A DNA stretch of 64,000 nucleotides, taken from the NCBI GenBank assembly GCA_965368915.1, contig CBDUOT010000001.1:672-64671 (forward strand). The letters are read 5' to 3'. The stretch comes from an uncultured Rhodobacterales bacterium (GTDB taxonomy: Bacteria > Pseudomonadota > Alphaproteobacteria > Rhodobacterales > Rhodobacteraceae). The notes beneath the pieces are model-generated. The model was not told the DNA's origin. It ran no database searches and was given only the letters and a program-made list of their open reading frames with translations. The number at the start of each line of letters is the position of its first letter. Position 1 is the first letter of the stretch. Below, in pieces: positions 49,090-59,307 of the stretch. The position numbers were made by a program, and so were the translations under genes.

Positions 49090-49947
49090 ATGACCGGCAC
49101 GCTGCTTTCCCTTGGCCATGGCTATTCCGCCGCCGCCCTCGCCCGCCGCCTTGAAGGCTGGCGGATCATCGGCACGACCCGAAGGACCGAGAAGGCCGAT
49201 CGGCTCCGCGCCCACGGAATAGAGCCTGTTCTCTGGCCCGGCGAAGACCTTTCACCAGCGATTGCCGAGGCGACACACATCCTCGTCTCCATCGCGCCGA
49301 ACGACGAGGGCGACGTGATCCTCGGGCACTATTCTGATGCGATCGCCAAGGCCGCGCCGCACCTGAAATGGGTCGGCTACCTGTCGACGACCGGCGTCTA
49401 CGGCGACCATCAGGGCGGTTGGGTGGACGAAGACACGCCGCTCGCCCCGACCACAAAGCGCGGCCGCATCCGCGTTCTGGCCGAAAGCCAGTGGCAGGCG
49501 CTCGCGGAGCGATCGGGTCTGCCGCTGCACATCTTCCGGCTTGCCGGGATCTACGGCCCCGGCAGGGGGCCGTTCGAAAAGGTCCGCAACGGCACCGCGC
49601 GCCGCATCATCCGGGAAAACCAGTTCTTCAGCCGCATCCATGTCGAGGATATCGCGACGGTCCTCGCCGCCTCGATCGCCAATCCGGATCCCGGCGCGAT
49701 CTACAACGTCGCCGACGACGACCCTTCGCCGCCCGAGGACGTTCTGGCCGAAGCCGCGCGCCTGCTCGGCCTGCCGCTGCCGCCCGAAGTGCCGTTCGAA
49801 GAGGCCGATATGAGCCCGCTCGCCCGAAGCTTCTATGCGGAATCAAAGCGCGTGCGGAATGAGCGGATCAAGCGCGACCTAGGGGTCGCGCTTGCCTATC
49901 CGGACTATCGTGCGGGCCTTGCGGCGCTGCTTAGAGAAACGGGCTAA
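49090..49947 (+). CDS. NAD(P)-binding Rossmann-fold protein (atypical SDR / epimerase-like)
   Basis: ATG 49090 gives MTGTLLSLGHGYSAAALARRL (GxGxxA). Later motifs YLSTTGVYGD and RLAGIYGPGRGPF fit NAD-dependent epimerase/dehydratase-like proteins. Confidence 0.7.
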   Translation: MTGTLLSLGHGYSAAALARRLEGWRIIGTTRRTEKADRLRAHGIEPVLWPGEDLSPAIAEATHILVSIAPNDEGDVILGHYSDAIAKAAPHLKWVGYLSTTGVYGDHQGGWVDEDTPLAPTTKRGRIRVLAESQWQALAERSGLPLHIFRLAGIYGPGRGPFEKVRNGTARRIIRENQFFSRIHVEDIATVLAASIANPDPGAIYNVADDDPSPPEDVLAEAARLLGLPLPPEVPFEEADMSPLARSFYAESKRVRNERIKRDLGVALAYPDYRAGLAALLRETG

Positions 49948-49972
49948 GCCGAAACGCGCCGCGATCCGAAGG

Positions 49973-50842
49973 TCAGGCCCGGACCAGCTTTTCGTATTCC
50001 GAGGCCACCCGCTTCGTCAGATCGCCGACCTCGAAGTTGTAGTCGCCAATCGACCCCACCGGCGTCACCTCGGCGGCCGTACCCGTCAGCCAGCACTGCT
50101 CGAAGCTTTCCAGCTCTTCCGGCATGATGTGCCGCTCGTGCACCTTGATCTGCATGTCCTTCAGCATCTGGATGACCGTCTGGCGGGTCAGACCGTTGAG
50201 GAAGCAGTCCGCAAGCGGGGTATGCACTTCGCCGTCCTTGACGAAGAAGATGTTGGCGCCCGTCGCCTCGGCGACATAGCCGCGATAGTCGAACATCATC
50301 GCGTCCGAACAGCCCTTCGCCTCGGCCGCGTGCTTCGACATCGTGCAGATCATGTAAAGACCGGCCGCCTTCGCCTGGCTCGGGATCGTCTCGGGCGAGG
50401 GCCGCTTCCACTTGGAAATGTCGAGCTTCGCACCCTTCAGCTTCGCGTCGCCGTAGTAGTTGCCCCATTCCCATCCCGCGACACACATGCGGACCGGGTT
50501 GCGGCGCGCCGAAACCCCCATATCCTCGCCCGCACCGCGCCATGCGAAGGCGCGGACATAGGCGTTGGTCCAGCCATTGGCCTTCAGCATCGCGTCCTTG
50601 GCGGCATCGATTTCCTCGGCGGTGTAGGGGATCGGCATGTCGAGCAGCTCACCCGACCGCAGCAGGCGCTTGGAATGCTCGTGGCCCTTGAAGATCTTGC
50701 CATCATAGCACCGCTCGCCCTCGAACACCGAAGAGGCATAGTGCAGAGCATGCGTCAGGACGTGCACCTTGGCGTCGCGCCACTCCACGAGCTTGCCGTC
50801 CAGCCAGATCTTGCCATCGCGATCGTCGTATGCCCCAGCCAT
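49973..50842 (-). CDS. ilvE: Branched-chain amino acid aminotransferase
   Basis: 289 aa from the internal Met: MAGAYDDRDGKIWLDGKLVEWRDAKVHVLTHALHYASSVFEGERCY (fold-type IV PLP enzyme), and EVTPVGSIGD near the C-terminus. Confidence 0.88.
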   Translation of the reverse strand: MAGAYDDRDGKIWLDGKLVEWRDAKVHVLTHALHYASSVFEGERCYDGKIFKGHEHSKRLLRSGELLDMPIPYTAEEIDAAKDAMLKANGWTNAYVRAFAWRGAGEDMGVSARRNPVRMCVAGWEWGNYYGDAKLKGAKLDISKWKRPSPETIPSQAKAAGLYMICTMSKHAAEAKGCSDAMMFDYRGYVAEATGANIFFVKDGEVHTPLADCFLNGLTRQTVIQMLKDMQIKVHERHIMPEELESFEQCWLTGTAAEVTPVGSIGDYNFEVGDLTKRVASEYEKLVRA

Positions 50843-51019
50843 TACATCCTCCTCAGGAAGCGTGCGTTTTTCGAATATTGCGCAAGTTAGGTCCACATCG
50901 GACATAATGTTGCGCCAAATCCGGGATTCGCTAACAGTTGAGTCTTGGAAAGTCAACATCACTGACATAAAATCGGCCCGTACAGGGTAACAGGCGAACA
51001 ACGCCGGGGGATCAGTGAC

Positions 51020-51529
51020 ATGGCTGCGGGCAGTCCGGGGGGTCAGAGCGGGGAAAGCCTGCTATTCCTGACCGACGAACAGCTTCGGAAGGGAATCGAG
51101 GCGATGTTTTTCGCCTACCGCGCCTTTACGGCCGATCCCGACCGGATACTCGAGAACTATGAATACGGGCGTGCCCATCACCGGGCCATCCACTTCATCA
51201 ACCGACAACCGGGACTCACCGTGAACACGCTTCTGACCATGCTCGGCGTAACGAAGCAGTCCCTGAACCGCGTCCTGAGAACGCTGATCGACGACGGGCT
51301 CGTCGAAGCGCGCGTGGGCCGGCGCGACAAGCGCGAGCGCAACCTGTTCCTGACCGAAAAAGGGGCCGAACTTGAACGCGAGCTTTCCGACGCCCAGCGC
51401 GCCCGGATGCGCGCCGCCTACCGCGCGGCGGGTCCCGCGGCAGTGGCGGGCTTCCGGCAGGTGCTCGAAGCGATGATGGATCCCGAAATCCGGCGTCACT
51501 ACCAATCGATCAAGGACGGTGCAGCATGA
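51020..51529 (+). CDS. MarR-family transcriptional regulator
   Basis: 169 aa. Winged HTH LTVNTLLTMLGVTKQSLNRVLRTLIDDGLVEARVGRRDKRERNLFLTEKG. Its end overlaps the next gene by 4 nt. Confidence 0.8.
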   Translation: MAAGSPGGQSGESLLFLTDEQLRKGIEAMFFAYRAFTADPDRILENYEYGRAHHRAIHFINRQPGLTVNTLLTMLGVTKQSLNRVLRTLIDDGLVEARVGRRDKRERNLFLTEKGAELERELSDAQRARMRAAYRAAGPAAVAGFRQVLEAMMDPEIRRHYQSIKDGAA

Positions 51530-52242
51530 GTGAGCAGCCCGATGTGCATCTGCTGATCGTCGACGACGACGAACGCATCCGAAGCCTGTTGCAGAAGTTT
51601 CTCGTGCGCCACGGATTCTGGGTATCCGCCGCGCGCGATGCCGCCCATGCGCGGCGCCTGCTCGAAGGGCTCGAATTCGACCTGATCGTGCTTGACGTGA
51701 TGATGCCCGGCGAAGACGGCATCAGCTTCACACGCGACCTGCGCCAAACGATGCAGACACCGATCCTTCTGCTGACCGCGCGGGGCGAGACTTCCGACCG
51801 CATCTCGGGGCTCGAAGCGGGTGCTGACGACTACCTCGCCAAGCCGTTCGAGCCGAAAGAGCTTCTTCTCAGGATCAACGCCATCCTGCGCCGCACGCCG
51901 GTCGAGGCCACGCCCAAGGTGCCGAAGGTGCTGCATCTGGGCCAAGTCCGCTACGACGTCGACCGGGGCGAGATGTGGCACGGCGACAGCCAGGTCCGAC
52001 TGACGGCGACAGAGGCCGCGCTCATGCGGATCTTCGCCGCCCGTCCCGGCGAGCCGGTCAGCCGCGGCGAACTGGTCGAGGACCTGAACCGCGGCACCGG
52101 CCGGGGCGAGAGCGGTCAAAGCCAGGAACGCGCGGTCGACGTCCAGATCACCCGGCTCCGCCGCAAATTCGAAGCGGACCCGAAGCAACCGAGATATCTT
52201 CAGACGGTGCGCGGCGCGGGCTATATGCTCGCGCCGGAATAA
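51526..52242 (+). CDS. OmpR-family response regulator (PetR/CenR-like, tentative)
   Basis: 238 aa. REC domain: LLIVDDDERIRSLL, DLIVLDVMMPGEDG, LLLTARG, YLAKPFEP. Winged-helix output: ...VDVQITRLRRKFE...IQTVRGAGYML. No kinase gene is adjacent. Confidence 0.85.
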   Translation: MSEQPDVHLLIVDDDERIRSLLQKFLVRHGFWVSAARDAAHARRLLEGLEFDLIVLDVMMPGEDGISFTRDLRQTMQTPILLLTARGETSDRISGLEAGADDYLAKPFEPKELLLRINAILRRTPVEATPKVPKVLHLGQVRYDVDRGEMWHGDSQVRLTATEAALMRIFAARPGEPVSRGELVEDLNRGTGRGESGQSQERAVDVQITRLRRKFEADPKQPRYLQTVRGAGYMLAPE

Positions 52243-52294
52243 TCCGCATAGGAACGCACCGGCACCAGCGCCTGACAACAGGGGGGACAGGCAC

Positions 52295-53227
52295 GTGAGC
52301 ACCATCCTTTATAGCCACCATTCGAGTCTGTCCCACGTGACACCGCCCGGCCATCCCGAACGGGTGGAGCGCATGGAAGCCGTCTCTGCCGCATTGAGCG
52401 ACGCGGATTTCGCCGCGCTCGACCGGCGCGAGGCACCGCTGGCCAACGAAGACGAGGTTCTGCGCGGCCACTCGCAGGCCTATCTCGACCGGATCCGCAA
52501 CGCCCGGCCGGAAGAGGGTTGGTCACAGCTCGACCCCGATACCTTCATGGCGCCAGGGTCTTGGGAAGCTGCGCTCCGCATCGTCGGCGGCGTCGAAGCG
52601 GCGATCGACGCCGTCCTCGCCGGCGAGGCTTCTAATGCGTTCGTCGGCATGCGCCCACCCGGCCACCATGCCGAACGCGAACGTCCGATGGGCTTTTGCC
52701 TGTTCAGCACGGTCGCTATCGCCGCGAAATACGCGCTCGACCATCACGGCCTTGGCCGCGTCGCGGTCCTCGATTTCGACGTCCACCACGGCAACGGCAC
52801 GCAGGATGTCCTGTGGGACGAGGCGCGCGCGATGTTCGTTTCCTCCCACCAGATGCCGCTCTATCCCGGAACAGGTGCCGCCTCTGAAACCGGCGCGCAC
52901 GGCCAGATCGTCAACCTTCCGCTCGCTCCGGGGTCCGGCGGGCACGAAATGCGCGCGGCATGGGAAAGCGCGCTGGTGCAAGTTGCCGAGTTCCAGCCCG
53001 AACTGATCCTTGTTTCCGCCGGTTTCGACGCCCATCGCGACGATCCGCTGGCCAACCTCAACTGGACCGGCCCGGACTTTGCGTGGATCACCCACGCCAT
53101 CATGGACGTCGCCGAGGATTGCTGCTCCGGCCGGGTGGTATCCTCCCTCGAGGGTGGCTATGATCTCGACGCGCTGGGCGCTTCGGTCGCCCTGCATGTG
53201 AAAGTGCTGATGGAGCGGGGCGCATGA
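52295..53227 (+). CDS. Histone deacetylase-family (HDAC/AcuC/acetylpolyamine amidohydrolase-like) protein
   Basis: 310 aa from GTG. Motifs RPPGHHAE, DFDVHHGNGTQ and SAGFDAH are the zinc-deacetylase signature. Its end overlaps the xseB start (ATGA). Confidence 0.85.
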   Translation: MSTILYSHHSSLSHVTPPGHPERVERMEAVSAALSDADFAALDRREAPLANEDEVLRGHSQAYLDRIRNARPEEGWSQLDPDTFMAPGSWEAALRIVGGVEAAIDAVLAGEASNAFVGMRPPGHHAERERPMGFCLFSTVAIAAKYALDHHGLGRVAVLDFDVHHGNGTQDVLWDEARAMFVSSHQMPLYPGTGAASETGAHGQIVNLPLAPGSGGHEMRAAWESALVQVAEFQPELILVSAGFDAHRDDPLANLNWTGPDFAWITHAIMDVAEDCCSGRVVSSLEGGYDLDALGASVALHVKVLMERGA

Positions 53228-53460
53228 GCGACATATCCAAGATGAGCTTCGAAGAGGCCATGAAGGCGCTGGAAACGGTCGTGCGCGACCTCGAATCCGG
53301 CAATGTGGAGCTGGAGAAGTCCATCGCGCTCTATGAACAGGGCGCCAAGCTCAAGGCGCATTGCGAGAAGAAGCTGAAGGACGCCGAAGAGAAGGTCGCC
53401 AAGATCACGCTCGGCCCCAGCGGTCAGCCCACCGGAACCGAACCGGTCGAAGGGCTCTAG
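53224..53460 (+). CDS. xseB: Exodeoxyribonuclease VII small subunit
   Basis: 78 aa. SFEEAMKALETVVRDLESGNVELEKSIALYEQGAKLKAHCEKKL is the canonical XseB helical hairpin. Confidence 0.9.
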   Translation: MSDISKMSFEEAMKALETVVRDLESGNVELEKSIALYEQGAKLKAHCEKKLKDAEEKVAKITLGPSGQPTGTEPVEGL

Positions 53461-54326
53461 TGTTTTCAGACCGGCTGAAAGCGGCACAGGAAAGTGTCCA
53501 GGCCGCGCTCGACGCGGCTTTGTCGGCACGCGCCGAACTGCCGGTAGTCCACGCGATGCGTTACGCGCTGAAGGGTGGCAAGCGGCTGCGCGGTTTCCTC
53601 GTGCTCGAAAGTGCGGCACTGCACGGGCTGTCCGCCGACAGCGCCATGCCCGCGGCTGCGGCGGCCGAGGCGCTCCACGCCTATTCGCTCGTGCATGACG
53701 ACCTGCCTTGCATGGATGACGACGATCTTCGGCGCGGTCAGCCCACGGTCCACGTGAAATGGGATGAGGCGACGGCCGTTCTCGCGGGCGACGCGCTTCA
53801 GACGCTCGCGTTCGAACTATGCACCCACCCGGCCCTCGGTCCCGCCGACCGCAGGATCGAACTCGTCCGCTCGCTCGCGCTTGCCTCCGGTGCGGAAGGC
53901 ATGGTGCTTGGCCAGGCGCTCGACATCGCTGCCGAAACCGCACCCCGGCCCCTGACGCTCGACGAAATCACGTCACTTCAGGCCGGGAAGACCGGCGCGC
54001 TCATCGCCTTCGCCGCGACGGCGGGCGCAGTGCTTGCCGATGCCGACCCGACGCCGCTTTCCCACTACGCCCGCGCGCTCGGCCTTGCCTTCCAGATCGC
54101 CGACGACATTCTCGACGTCGAGGGCGATCCCGCGAAGGCGGGCAAGCGGCTTAACAAGGATCACGAGGCGGGCAAGGCGACCTTCGTCTCTCTCCTCGGC
54201 CTCGACGGCGCGAAATCCCGCGCAAAAGAGCTTGTCGACGACGCCGAAGCGGCACTTTCCCCCTACGGCGACAAAGCCCAGACCTTGAGAGAAGCCGCGC
54301 GTTTCGTTATTGCACGCGAGATGTGA
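53460..54326 (+). CDS. ispA: Farnesyl-diphosphate synthase / (2E,6E)-geranyltranstransferase
   Basis: GTG 53460 overlaps the xseB stop by 1 nt. First Asp-rich motif LVHDDLPCMDDDDLRRG, second motif FQIADDILD. Confidence 0.88.
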   Translation: MFSDRLKAAQESVQAALDAALSARAELPVVHAMRYALKGGKRLRGFLVLESAALHGLSADSAMPAAAAAEALHAYSLVHDDLPCMDDDDLRRGQPTVHVKWDEATAVLAGDALQTLAFELCTHPALGPADRRIELVRSLALASGAEGMVLGQALDIAAETAPRPLTLDEITSLQAGKTGALIAFAATAGAVLADADPTPLSHYARALGLAFQIADDILDVEGDPAKAGKRLNKDHEAGKATFVSLLGLDGAKSRAKELVDDAEAALSPYGDKAQTLREAARFVIAREM

Positions 54327-54344
54327 AACGACCGAAAGCCGGTG

Positions 54345-56261
54345 ATGAGCGACCGACCGCATACCCCGACGCTGGACCGCGTGACGGTTCCCGCCGACAT
54401 GAAGGCTCTTTCGGACCGTGAACTCGGGCTGCTTGCCGATGAACTTCGCGCCGAAACGATCAGCGCCGTTTCCGTCACCGGCGGCCATCTTGGCGCCGGG
54501 CTTGGCGTCGTCGAACTGACGGTCGCACTGCACGCCGTCTTCGACGCGCCGCACGACAAGATCATCTGGGACGTCGGCCACCAGTGCTATCCGCACAAGA
54601 TCCTGACCGGTCGGCGCGAACGTATCCGGACGCTGCGCCAGAAGGACGGGCTTTCGGGTTTCACGAAGCGCTCAGAAAGCCCCTACGACCCGTTCGGTGC
54701 CGCCCACAGCTCGACCTCGATCTCCGCCGCGCTGGGCTTTGCCGCCTCGCGCGATCTTGGCGGAGAATCCGGCGACGCGGTCGCCGTGATCGGTGACGGC
54801 GCGATGTCGGCCGGCATGGCCTACGAGGCGCTGAACAATGCAGGGCACCTGAAAAAGCGCCTTTTCGTCATTCTCAACGACAACGAAATGTCGATCGCCC
54901 CGCCGGTTGGCGCGATGTCGGCCTATCTCTCGCGCCTCTACGCCGGCGCGCCCTACCAGGAATTCAAGGCCGCCGCCAAGGGCGCGATCAGCCTTCTTCC
55001 CGGCCCCTTCCAGGAAGGCGCCCGCCGCGCGAAAGAGATGCTGAAAGGCATGACCGTCGGCGGCACTCTCTTTGAAGAACTCGGCTTCACCTATGTCGGC
55101 CCGATTGACGGGCACGATCTGGAAATCCTTCTTCCGGTCCTGCGCACCGCGCACGACCGCGCCACCGGGCCGACGCTTATCCACGTGGTGACCAAGAAGG
55201 GCAAAGGCTACGCCCCCGCCGAACGCGCCGCCGACAAGGGCCACGCAACGGCCAAGTTCGACGTGTTGACCGGCGAACAGAAAAAGGCGCCCTCGAACGC
55301 GCCGTCCTACACCAAAGTCTTTGCGCAGACCCTGATCAAAGAGGCGGAGAAGGACGAAAAGATCGTCGCGATCACCGCCGCCATGCCGGACGGTACGGGC
55401 CTGAACCTTTTCGCGGAACGCTTTCCGAAGCGCTGTTTCGATGTCGGCATCGCCGAACAGCACGCCGTGACATTCTCGGCCGGTCTCGCGGCGTCGGGGC
55501 TGAAGCCGTTCTGCGCGATCTACTCGACCTTCCTGCAGCGCGGGTATGATCAGGTCGTCCACGACGTCGCGATTCAGCGCCTGCCGGTCCGCTTTGCCAT
55601 CGACAGGGCGGGCCTTGTCGGGGCTGACGGCGCGACCCATGCCGGGGCCTTCGACATCGCGTTCCTGGCGAACCTGCCCGACATGGTCGTCATGGCTGCT
55701 GCGGATGAAGCCGAACTGGTCCACATGGTCGCCACCGCCGCCGCGATCGACGACCGCCCCTCGGCCTTCCGCTTCCCGCGCGGCGAGGGCGTCGGCGTCG
55801 ACATGCCCGAACGGGGCGAACCCCTCGAAATCGGAAAGGGCCGCATCGTGGCTGAAGGCGGCCGCGTCGCGATCCTGTCTTTCGGCACGCGCCTGTCCGA
55901 GGTCATGAAAGCCCGCGAATCCCTTGGCGCGCGCGGCCTTGCACCGACCGTCGCCGACGCCCGGTTCGCCAAGCCCCTGGACCGCGATCTCATATTGCGG
56001 TTGGCTGCCGAACACGAAGCGCTGATCACCATCGAAGAGGGCGCCGTGGGCGGCTTCGGCTCTCACGTCGCGCAGCTTCTGGCCGGGGAAGGCGTCTTCG
56101 ACCGGGGACTGAAGTTCCGCTCCATGGTCCTGCCCGACACCTTCATCGACCAGGCAAGCCCCGACGACATGTATGCCGTTGCGGGCATGAATGCGCCGCA
56201 GATCGAGGCGAAGGTTCTGGAAGTTCTGGGTGTCGCGACCGTGGCTGGAAAACGGGCCTAA
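54345..56261 (+). CDS. dxs: 1-deoxy-D-xylulose-5-phosphate synthase
   Basis: 638 aa from ATG 54345: [33 protein letters not shown], the TPP motif [18 protein letters not shown], and the transketolase-like C-terminal domains. Confidence 0.95.
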   Translation: MSDRPHTPTLDRVTVPADMKALSDRELGLLADELRAETISAVSVTGGHLGAGLGVVELTVALHAVFDAPHDKIIWDVGHQCYPHKILTGRRERIRTLRQKDGLSGFTKRSESPYDPFGAAHSSTSISAALGFAASRDLGGESGDAVAVIGDGAMSAGMAYEALNNAGHLKKRLFVILNDNEMSIAPPVGAMSAYLSRLYAGAPYQEFKAAAKGAISLLPGPFQEGARRAKEMLKGMTVGGTLFEELGFTYVGPIDGHDLEILLPVLRTAHDRATGPTLIHVVTKKGKGYAPAERAADKGHATAKFDVLTGEQKKAPSNAPSYTKVFAQTLIKEAEKDEKIVAITAAMPDGTGLNLFAERFPKRCFDVGIAEQHAVTFSAGLAASGLKPFCAIYSTFLQRGYDQVVHDVAIQRLPVRFAIDRAGLVGADGATHAGAFDIAFLANLPDMVVMAAADEAELVHMVATAAAIDDRPSAFRFPRGEGVGVDMPERGEPLEIGKGRIVAEGGRVAILSFGTRLSEVMKARESLGARGLAPTVADARFAKPLDRDLILRLAAEHEALITIEEGAVGGFGSHVAQLLAGEGVFDRGLKFRSMVLPDTFIDQASPDDMYAVAGMNAPQIEAKVLEVLGVATVAGKRA

Positions 56262-56356
56262 CCGGCCCGTGCCTTCCCTTCGGCAAAGCGACCTATTCTA
56301 AGACGCGCAGCCGGTGGGCGATCGCTCGCCCGCCAGACACGCGTTTTCAGCTTGGC

Positions 56357-56551
56357 TCAGGCCTTATGGCCGCGCTCGATCCGCACATATTCGCGAACCC
56401 GAGCGGCGTCGCCGCGTTCGGCGGGACGCTCGTAAAGCTTTTTCGACGCTGGATGCGTCCCTTCCTCGCCCGAGTTCTTCTCAACTTTGATGAAGTTCTT
56501 CAGGCGGCCACCTTCGGTTGATTTACGGTGGTCGACAGAATGCCGGCTCAT
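56357..56551 (-). CDS. Small basic hypothetical protein (64 aa)
   Basis: The internal Met gives MSRHSVDHRKSTEGGRLKNFIKVEKNSGEEGTHPASKKLYERPAERGDAARVREYVRIERGHKA. It is charged with no hydrophobic core, and I recognise no family. The coding status itself is uncertain. Confidence 0.35.
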   Translation of the reverse strand: MSRHSVDHRKSTEGGRLKNFIKVEKNSGEEGTHPASKKLYERPAERGDAARVREYVRIERGHKA

Positions 56552-56623
56552 GCGTTTCTCCTTCCTCTGGTGCGTTCCCTCAGGGTGGAACACTCCAAAG
56601 ATGGGGCCGAATCGGCGCGATTG

Positions 56624-57718
56624 CTACCCTTTTGCGCGAGTGTCGGGTGCGCTCCGGCCGTTCTTCGCCAATCGACTGACAGCCCAGCGCGCGGCATCCG
56701 CCACGGTCGGGTCGGCGTCGCCCTGAAGTCCGGACGCCACGGCGGCAAGCGCCGAATCGCCCGAATTTCCGATTGCATAGAGCACGTTGCGCACGAACCG
56801 GTCGCGCCCGATCCGCTTGATCGGACTGCCGGAAAACAGCGACCGGAAGGCCGCGTCATCCAGGGCAGCCAGTTCGGCCAGCGGCGGCGCGCCCACTCGC
56901 GCCGCATAGCCCGTCTCGCGCGCTTTTGCGGCGAACTTGTTCCACGGACAGACCGCAAGACAGTCGTCGCAGCCATAGATCCGGTTGCCGAGAAGCGGCC
57001 TCAACTCCTCGTCGACCGGTCCTTTGTGCTCGATCGTCAGATACGAGATGCAGCGCCGCGCATCGAGTTGATAGGGCGCCGGAAAGGCCCGTGTCGGACA
57101 GATATCGAGACACGCCCGGCACGACCCGCAATGATCGCTTTCGGCCATGTCCTTCGGCAGATCGAGCGTGGTGAAGATCGCGCCGAGGAAGAACCAGTTG
57201 CCAAGCTCCCTGCTCAGAAGGTTCGTGTGCTTGCCCTGCCAGCCGATCCCGGCCGCCTGTGCCAGCGGTTTCTCCATGACCGGCGCCGTATCGACGAAAA
57301 CCTTGATTTCCGCTGGAACAGAGCCTTTTTTTGCTTCCTCTATCAGCCAGCGCCCGACGCGCTTTAGCCGCTTCTTGACCAGGTCGTGATAGTCGCGTCC
57401 CTGCGCATAGCAGGACACTCCGGCCCGGTCCGGCGTCTGCAGAACGGCAAGCGGATCACCTTCGGGCGTGTAGACTTCGGCCAGCATGATGACCGTCTTC
57501 GCCTCGGGCCAAAGCGCCGCCGGGTTTCCCCGCCAGCCCATGCGCTCTTCCATCCAGCCCATCTGCCCATGCCACCCCGCCTCGACGAAGGCGCTCAGGC
57601 GGTCAGCCGCTTGCGGGATCGCATCGGGCGCGCAGAAGCCGACGGCCGAAAACCCCTCGGTCGTGGCCCGGTCTGCGATGCGTGCCTTGAGGGCAAGAAG
57701 ATCCAAGATCTCTCCCAC
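56624..57718 (-). CDS. queG: tRNA epoxyqueuosine(34) reductase
   Basis: 364 aa. The 4Fe-4S ferredoxin motifs are [13 protein letters not shown] and [14 protein letters not shown]-terminal HEAT-like repeats are present. Confidence 0.88.
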   Translation of the reverse strand: MGEILDLLALKARIADRATTEGFSAVGFCAPDAIPQAADRLSAFVEAGWHGQMGWMEERMGWRGNPAALWPEAKTVIMLAEVYTPEGDPLAVLQTPDRAGVSCYAQGRDYHDLVKKRLKRVGRWLIEEAKKGSVPAEIKVFVDTAPVMEKPLAQAAGIGWQGKHTNLLSRELGNWFFLGAIFTTLDLPKDMAESDHCGSCRACLDICPTRAFPAPYQLDARRCISYLTIEHKGPVDEELRPLLGNRIYGCDDCLAVCPWNKFAAKARETGYAARVGAPPLAELAALDDAAFRSLFSGSPIKRIGRDRFVRNVLYAIGNSGDSALAAVASGLQGDADPTVADAARWAVSRLAKNGRSAPDTRAKG

Positions 57719-57774
57719 GTTCTATCCTGAGCTTCTCCGCAGCGGCGCAAAGCCCCCCGGGTCGCCGGCGGGGT

Positions 57775-58449
57775 TCAGAAATCGAGGTCCGCGTAATGCG
57801 GCGGCGGCGGGAAACCAGGCACCTGATCGGCGAGGATTGATCGGAACGACGGGCGGGACTTGATCTTGGCGTACCAGTCCTTGACGTTCTGGCTGCGGTT
57901 CCAGTCCACGTCCGAGATGTAGTCGAGGCTCGACAGATGCGCCGCCGCCGAGAAATCGGCCAGCGTCATCTCGTTTCCGGCCAGCCAGCGGCGCTGATCC
58001 AGAAGCCAGCTCATGTAATCGAGGTGATACTTGACCCGGTTGGCGCCGAATTTCACGTTTTTTGAGTCCGGATAGCCCTGGCCCATGACCTTCTTGTTGA
58101 CCCGCTCGTAAAGCAGCTTGGACGTCACCTCGCCATGGAACTTGTCGTCGAACCACGAACAGAGCCGCCGAACCTCATAGCGCTCCTCCGGGTTGGACGG
58201 CATGAGCTTCGGATCGGGGATCGTTTCGTCGAGATACTCGCAGATCGCCTGGCTTTCCGACATGACCCGGCCGTTCATCTTGATCACCGGCACCTTGCCG
58301 GCGGGATTGCGGCGCAGGAACTCCGCCCCCTGTTCCCAGTAGCGCTCTTCCACAAGCTCCACTTCGACCTTCTTTTCCGCCAGCGTCAGCCGCACCTTGC
58401 GGCAGAAGGGCGAGAGGGGGACGTGATAGAGACGTGTCATGGGCACCAA
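57775..58449 (-). CDS. Glutathione S-transferase family protein
   Basis: 224 aa. The N-terminal thioredoxin-like domain has LYHVPLSPFCRKVRL and GKVPVI. The C-terminal domain is helical, as in GSTs. Confidence 0.82.
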   Translation of the reverse strand: MVPMTRLYHVPLSPFCRKVRLTLAEKKVEVELVEERYWEQGAEFLRRNPAGKVPVIKMNGRVMSESQAICEYLDETIPDPKLMPSNPEERYEVRRLCSWFDDKFHGEVTSKLLYERVNKKVMGQGYPDSKNVKFGANRVKYHLDYMSWLLDQRRWLAGNEMTLADFSAAAHLSSLDYISDVDWNRSQNVKDWYAKIKSRPSFRSILADQVPGFPPPPHYADLDF

Positions 58450-58497
58450 TTCTTCGTCGGGAGTTGCCTTCGGTGATAGCGGTGGGCGGGCTTGCGT

Positions 58498-59238
58498 TCA
58501 ATCCTCGAAACAGGCCGCGCGACCATCGGCGCGGATCGTCGCCGCTCCGTCGGCGATCGCACGGGCGCGCGACCTCAGGAAACCCGACGGCCGCGCCGGG
58601 TTGCGGCCCTTCGGATCGGGCAGTGCCGAGGCGATAAGCGCGGCCTGACCGGCGCTCAGCTCGGCCGCGGACACGCCGAAATAGGCTTGGGCCGCCGCTC
58701 CGGCCCCGAAGACGCCCTTCCCGGTTTCGGCCACGTTCAGATACACCTCGACGATCCGCTTCTTCGTCCAGACCATTTCCACGACCGGCGTCATGACGGC
58801 CTCGAGCGCCTTGCGGGGCCAGCTTCGACCCTGCCAAAGAAAGACGTTCTTGACGACCTGCTGCGACAGCGTCGATGCACCGCGGCCCGCGCCTTCGTCC
58901 AACGCGGCGCGAATCGCGGCCATGTCAAAGCCCCAGTGCAGACAAAAATTCGCGTCCTCCGCCGCGACCACGGACCGCGCGAGCGTAGGTGTCATCTCTT
59001 CCAGCGGGACCCAATCGCGGCGGACACCCCCCTGCCGCCAGCTTTCGGCGATCATGTAGGGCGTCATCACCGGATTGACGAAGGTGAACAGCAATACGAG
59101 CACGAACCAGAACAGGACGACACCAGCAATACCCCGCAGTACGAACCGGAGGAGCCGCCTCGGCGTAAGCCGTGCCTGTTTCGCCGTGGCCTTTTTCTTT
59201 TTGGTGGTCCGCTTAGCGGTCGTTCTGCTCTTTGCCAT
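58498..59238 (-). CDS. mtgA: Monofunctional biosynthetic peptidoglycan transglycosylase
   Basis: 246 aa. N-terminal TM anchor. GT51 motifs AAEDANFCLHWGFD and GASTLSQQVVKN. Confidence 0.9.
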   Translation of the reverse strand: MAKSRTTAKRTTKKKKATAKQARLTPRRLLRFVLRGIAGVVLFWFVLVLLFTFVNPVMTPYMIAESWRQGGVRRDWVPLEEMTPTLARSVVAAEDANFCLHWGFDMAAIRAALDEGAGRGASTLSQQVVKNVFLWQGRSWPRKALEAVMTPVVEMVWTKKRIVEVYLNVAETGKGVFGAGAAAQAYFGVSAAELSAGQAALIASALPDPKGRNPARPSGFLRSRARAIADGAATIRADGRAACFED

Positions 59239-59307
59239 CGGAACTGAGCATAGCCATGCTCAGCCCCACCCGGTCAAGGCGCGAGCCAAGCTTTTTCGGC
59301 CGGAGTG

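Noticed and set aside
49892-50890. 332-aa plus-strand ORF
   Set aside because: It is antisense to ilvE, which has clear class IV aminotransferase motifs.
53158-53943. 261-aa minus-strand ORF
   Set aside because: It is antisense to the HDAC 3' end, xseB and ispA. The translation is extremely Arg/Pro/Ala-rich.
54672-56066. 464-aa minus-strand ORF
   Set aside because: It is antisense to dxs and has a low-complexity Gly/Arg/Asp-rich translation.
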